A stretch of 64,000 bases of DNA from an uncultured Desulfovibrio sp. (GTDB taxonomy: Bacteria > Desulfobacterota > Desulfovibrionia > Desulfovibrionales > Desulfovibrionaceae): NCBI GenBank assembly GCA_900547595.1, contig URHE01000004.1, positions 1,573 through 65,572 on the forward strand. The letters are read 5' to 3'. Of the stretch, positions 59,784 to 64,000 are shown in pieces. The notes below the pieces were generated by a model that made no database searches, was not told where the DNA came from, and saw only the letters and a list, made by a program, of their open reading frames with translations. Every line of letters begins with the position of its first letter. Position 1 is the first letter of the stretch. The translations under genes and the position numbers were made by a program.

Positions 59784-62700
59784 GGGCGCCCTCCGCCATC
59801 CACCGGAACGGCGGGCGCCCCGCATGGCGGAAGCAGCGCGGCACAATCCGGCACGAGCTCCGAAAGCGACGCGCGCGTCACCAGCTGAAAACGCTTGAGG
59901 TCAAGATAGACCAGAAGCCCGCGAATTTCTCCGCGGTCCGCCCCCTGCAAATTCTCCATATAACGGCGGACCTGACGCGCATGCCCGGGGTCCGGCCGGC
60001 CGCTCTTGTAATCAATGATCAGCGTTCCCCAGGGTTCGCGCACCAGCAGGTCGAGCCGGAGCAGGCTGCCATCCGCCGCCAGCAGTGGCTGCTCCGGACG
60101 TCCGCGCGAAAGCCAGTCTGCGGCCTGGGGCAGCGCGGCGAACCAGGCAAGCGCGTCAACAAGGCCGGTCCGGAACGCGGTATCCGCCGGGGGGGGCACT
60201 TCGCTGCGCGCAAGGGCGTCGTCCACGGCGGCTTCGGCATCCCGGCGGGCGTTTCCGGAACAGCACAGGCGCTCAAGACATCCATGGAGGAGCGTACCGC
60301 GATCTTCCGGCCGAAATATCTCCGCAGAGACCGGATTGCGGAAAATCCTCAGCCGGGGCAGCCACTGCATGGGCCGCCAGGCTTCAACGCTCTCTTCCGG
60401 CATGGGGGCGTTACCGTCCTCAGGGGAGGCGGCGGGGGAAGCGGCACACGGAGTGGGGGGAGCCGCGCGTTCCGGGGCTTCGGCGTCCCCGGGGCCGTTC
60501 CCTGCCGCACCGGGGCGCACCGGCGCCCCGGGCGGAACGCCAAGCGCGAACGGGGGGGCCAATTCCGCGCGATCCCACAGGGAATCCAGTGTTTTGCCGA
60601 GTGAGGCAAGTTTCTCCAGAGCAGGCGTGCCGGTACGAAAAATATGCAGTTCGTCCCTGGCGCGGGTGAATGCCACATAGAGCAGGTTCAGCGCTTCGCA
60701 CGCCTGCGCCGCCAGGTGTTCGTAATGGCTGGCGCCGCAGACCCTCCCGCCGGGCACGGCCAGTCGCAAGCCCTCATATTCGATCACTTCCGGATGCCGG
60801 GACGGACGGATGGTAAAACTCGTCCACGGCACGATCACGCAGGGCGCGGCAAGTCCCTTGGCCTTGTGGATGGTCATGACGCGCACGGCATCCATACCGT
60901 TGGGCATGGGCGCCTTTTCCTCTCCTCCATGACTGCGCCAGTGTTCAAGAAAAGCCCCCAAGGAGGCGAATCCCTTCGCCTCGGCGTATTGCAGGACTTC
61001 GAGAAAACGGCGCAGAAAGGTTCGCTCCGCCGGAAAGCGCGTTTCCGCATCCAGGCGCAGCAGCCATTCCCGCGTGGCGTCATAGGGCGTAAGCAGGACG
61101 GACTGCGCATGGAACGGCGCGAATACCCGTTCCCATATGTCGGGCCATGCGCGCCTGAATCTCTGGAATAACGGCCCTGTGCCCGCTTCCGCGCACCAGT
61201 CGTGAAGTTCTTCCCACAGTATCCCGCCGGCCAGAGGATGGCCGAGGACGAGCGATCCCGTGAGCGTGGTCCAGAACGCGACATCGTCCTCCGGCGTGTC
61301 CAGAAAATCGAGAAAGGCCACGATCTGCGTGATGAGCGGATGCTCGGAAAGCAGCAGGCTGTTTTCCGTGATGACGGGAATGCCTTCGCGAACAAGAGCC
61401 TCGGCCACGAGCCGGCCGTTCTCATTGCTCCGCACAAGGACAAGGATGTCCGAAAGGGGGCGGCGCGGCATGATGTCCTCGCGCAAGAGTTCGCAAAGCC
61501 GGCGAAGGACGGCTTCGCGCAGTTCGTCCGCACATGAGGCGTCAATGCGCTCCGCATGGACGAAACCGCCGCTGTTTTCCCCATGGGGGGGGCATTTCTG
61601 GGCGGCCCCGGCAAAGGCTCCACAGAGGCGCCGCACCGCGGCGTCCATTTGCGGCGGCGGCATGTCCGGCACAAGCGCCCCCAGTATCTCCCGCGCGCAC
61701 TCCTCCTGCGCCAGGGAAGAAAAAACGCTGTTATTATGCGCCACGATCCGTTCCCGGCTGCGATGGTTGTAGGGCAGTTCCCATGTGCTGGAACGGGTCA
61801 GCCGGGTAAGCTCCCCATCTTTCAGGACGGCATTGAACAGGGCCGGATCGCCGCCCCGCCAGCTGTAGATGGATTGCTTGACATCCCCCACCCAGGTGAG
61901 GGAACCGCCGCGCGCAAGGGCGTCCGCAACGAGGGGGCGCAGGGTTTGCCACTGTTCGCGGCTCGTGTCCTGAAATTCGTCCACAAGAAAATGCGTGAGC
62001 CGGGAACCGAGCCTGCAAAGCGCATCCGGAACGCCATGGTCGCCGGAAAGCGAATCCGCTGCCCAGCGGGGGATGAGGACTCCGGGTATCCAGCCTTCCT
62101 GTTCCCGATTGAGGAGGAACGCCTCCACAAGCGTTTGCGCCAGACGGACAAACGGGAGCAGCCCAAGCGCGGGGAGCAGGCGCTCACGGCATTCCCGGCA
62201 GTGGCGCGCCGCTTCGACAAAATGCGCGTGCGCATTCACCACGGAAGCGGGCACCGGACATTTTTTAAGAAAGAGCGCCGCGGCATCCTCTGTGGCGGCG
62301 GTACGCGAGCCACAGCTTTCAAAACTCCCGGCGGCAATGGCCGAAACGACGTTCCTGGCGGGTTTTTTCCAGGTAATCCCCGCGGCCCCGGCCACGTCAA
62401 GGAACTGTCGCGCCGCCGCGCACGCTGCTCTCTGAGAATCTTCAAGTTTAACTTTAATTTCTGTTTCGGAAGCAAGATTCTCCAGGCGTCCCCGCAGGAC
62501 ATCATCAATGACCAGACGAAGCGGCTGCCGGAGCTTTTCGCCCACAAGAAAGCCCCTGCTGTCGCTCCTGAGCGCCAGGGCGCGGCAGGCGGAGCGCACC
62601 AGATCGCGCATGGCCGCATCTTCCCGCCAGGCGTGTTCAAGCACCAGGTCATAGTAGGGGGTGAGCGCCTCTTCCGTGGCAAAGGCTGGTTCAAAATCCG

Positions 62701-63106
62701 GTGGCAGGCCGAGGTCAAGGGCGGCGGAACGGACGATGAGATGGAGAAGGCTGTCAATGGTCCGGATATTGAGCGAACTCATGTCGCGCAGGACGGCGTC
62801 CACCCATCGGCGCGCTTCCGGGGGGGAAAACGGCACGCCGTCATCAGGATTTCCGAGCGCCGCTTCCTTCAGGCGCCGCAGGACGCGCTCGCGCATTTCG
62901 GTTGCGGCGGCGTTGGTGAAGGTAATGGCGATAATGTCGCCCCAGGCGTGGGCGCCGGGGACAAGCGCGCATCCCGCCGATGGCCTGCCGCCGTCAGGGC
63001 CGCACTCGGCGAGGCGTTCAAGAAAACGCCGCGTCAGCTCCCAGGTTTTTCCCGAGCCGGCGGACGCCTGTATCCGGCAAAGCCCGAAGTTGCCGTCGGG
63101 CTTCAT
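59780..63106 (-). CDS. addA: AddA-like UvrD/SF1 helicase-nuclease
   Basis: ASAGSGKT, AITFTNAA, VDEFQDTS, VGDVKQSIYSWRG, TIHKAKGL and YVAFTRA helicase motifs; nuclease RLDLL...IIDYKSG. Confidence 0.85.
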   Translation of the reverse strand: MKPDGNFGLCRIQASAGSGKTWELTRRFLERLAECGPDGGRPSAGCALVPGAHAWGDIIAITFTNAAATEMRERVLRRLKEAALGNPDDGVPFSPPEARRWVDAVLRDMSSLNIRTIDSLLHLIVRSAALDLGLPPDFEPAFATEEALTPYYDLVLEHAWREDAAMRDLVRSACRALALRSDSRGFLVGEKLRQPLRLVIDDVLRGRLENLASETEIKVKLEDSQRAACAAARQFLDVAGAAGITWKKPARNVVSAIAAGSFESCGSRTAATEDAAALFLKKCPVPASVVNAHAHFVEAARHCRECRERLLPALGLLPFVRLAQTLVEAFLLNREQEGWIPGVLIPRWAADSLSGDHGVPDALCRLGSRLTHFLVDEFQDTSREQWQTLRPLVADALARGGSLTWVGDVKQSIYSWRGGDPALFNAVLKDGELTRLTRSSTWELPYNHRSRERIVAHNNSVFSSLAQEECAREILGALVPDMPPPQMDAAVRRLCGAFAGAAQKCPPHGENSGGFVHAERIDASCADELREAVLRRLCELLREDIMPRRPLSDILVLVRSNENGRLVAEALVREGIPVITENSLLLSEHPLITQIVAFLDFLDTPEDDVAFWTTLTGSLVLGHPLAGGILWEELHDWCAEAGTGPLFQRFRRAWPDIWERVFAPFHAQSVLLTPYDATREWLLRLDAETRFPAERTFLRRFLEVLQYAEAKGFASLGAFLEHWRSHGGEEKAPMPNGMDAVRVMTIHKAKGLAAPCVIVPWTSFTIRPSRHPEVIEYEGLRLAVPGGRVCGASHYEHLAAQACEALNLLYVAFTRARDELHIFRTGTPALEKLASLGKTLDSLWDRAELAPPFALGVPPGAPVRPGAAGNGPGDAEAPERAAPPTPCAASPAASPEDGNAPMPEESVEAWRPMQWLPRLRIFRNPVSAEIFRPEDRGTLLHGCLERLCCSGNARRDAEAAVDDALARSEVPPPADTAFRTGLVDALAWFAALPQAADWLSRGRPEQPLLAADGSLLRLDLLVREPWGTLIIDYKSGRPDPGHARQVRRYMENLQGADRGEIRGLLVYLDLKRFQLVTRASLSELVPDCAALLPPCGAPAVPVDGGGRP

Positions 63107-64000
63107 GCCGGTGGGAGCATGCCCTTGAGCATGCCCTGGCCGGTGGATTCCAGCACCGCGCGCCAGAGATCGGAATAAATGTTCAACCGGCGCCGCGTGC
63201 GGGTCACAAGCTGGAGCGGAAGATGGACATAGCGCTCCTGTATCTTGCCCACCACCATCTCCGTGCGCCCGGCCATGGCCGCATGCACCGCGTATTGGCC
63301 GAGAAAACCGCAATAGACCTTGTCGCCCGCCTGGGCGGCCACGGAACGGATGATATAACTGGGGTCGATGTACTTGATGGAATGCTCCATCTTGCGCTCG
63401 CGCAGGTAGCGCGAAATTTCCATCTTCAGGAGATCGGCCACATTGCCGAGCACCCGGTTGCCGGAAGCGTCCGTTTCCGTGTGGTGCGCGAGGAGATGCT
63501 GACCAGCGCCTTCAGCGGTGACGATAACGCAGTGGCCGCGTTCGCGCAGACGCTCTTCCACGGCGGGGAGCAGGCCGCCGGGGCCTTCAAGGCTGAAGGG
63601 GGCCTCGGGAATGAGGACGAAATTCACTTCCTTGAGGGCAAGGGTGGACTGGGCCGCGATAAAACCGGATTCCCGCCCCATCAGCTTGACCAGGCCGATG
63701 CCGTTGGGCGTGCCGCAGGCTTCGGTATGGGCGCACTCGATGGCTTCCGTCGCCTTGAATACCGCCGTTTCGAATCCGAAGGACTGAGGAATGAAATTGA
63801 TGTCGTTATCAATGGTCTTGGGGATGCCGATGACGGAGATCTTCAGCCCGCGCTTGCGGACTTCGGCACTGATGGCCATGGCCGCCTTCATGGTGCCGTC
63901 GCCGCCGATGACGAAAAGGGCGTTGACATTGCTGCGCTCAAGGGTATCCACGATTTCGTCCGCGGGCTGCGGGCCGCGCGAAGAGCCGAGAATGGTGCCG
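63103..64000 (-). CDS. pfkA: ATP-dependent 6-phosphofructokinase (5' end outside the window)
   Basis: GTILGSSRG at the window edge; IGGDGT, PKTIDND, LMGRESG and YIDPSYIIRS motifs. Confidence 0.93.
   Translation of the reverse strand, partial: GTILGSSRGPQPADEIVDTLERSNVNALFVIGGDGTMKAAMAISAEVRKRGLKISVIGIPKTIDNDINFIPQSFGFETAVFKATEAIECAHTEACGTPNGIGLVKLMGRESGFIAAQSTLALKEVNFVLIPEAPFSLEGPGGLLPAVEERLRERGHCVIVTAEGAGQHLLAHHTETDASGNRVLGNVADLLKMEISRYLRERKMEHSIKYIDPSYIIRSVAAQAGDKVYCGFLGQYAVHAAMAGRTEMVVGKIQERYVHLPLQLVTRTRRRLNIYSDLWRAVLESTGQGMLKGMLPPA

Overview
A GC-rich, gene-dense stretch of core chromosome, most likely from a Desulfovibrio-like bacterium (Desulfovibrionaceae). That assignment rests on the futalosine mqn genes, CbiK, the ftsH-folP-cdaA-cdaR-glmM operon, a DHH-CBS-tRNA nucleotidyltransferase and AddAB. 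The window holds about 51 protein genes and one tRNA-Arg(CCT). They cover DsbD, an orphan CheW, a pseudo-receiver/TPR protein, an AEC plus TRAP transporter unit, lolA-ftsK-efp, engB, MATE with mqnD/E/C/A, cbiK, rfbD, gdhA, the xerD...mutS operon, folK, the c-di-AMP operon, lysS, rel, yajC-secD-secF, cbpA-cbpM-clpB, tatA, dac, AI-2E, addAB and a partial pfkA. I see no prophage, transposase, CRISPR array or defence island. Four observations are not explained by the gene list. (1) Two related non-coding palindromic elements (25261-25504 and 53474-53568) have TAGA(G/A)C...GC(T/C)CTA ends, each supplies the TAG stop of a neighbouring gene, and each contains mutually exclusive hairpins. (2) ftsK has no ATG/GTG/TTG ahead of its first transmembrane helix and lies in frame behind the efp amber stop. 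(3) A DsbA-fold lipoprotein with CxxC replaced by SPRS is coupled to cbiK. (4) Several nucleotide-signalling enzymes lie close together. All calls come from motif recognition by eye; no database searches were run.
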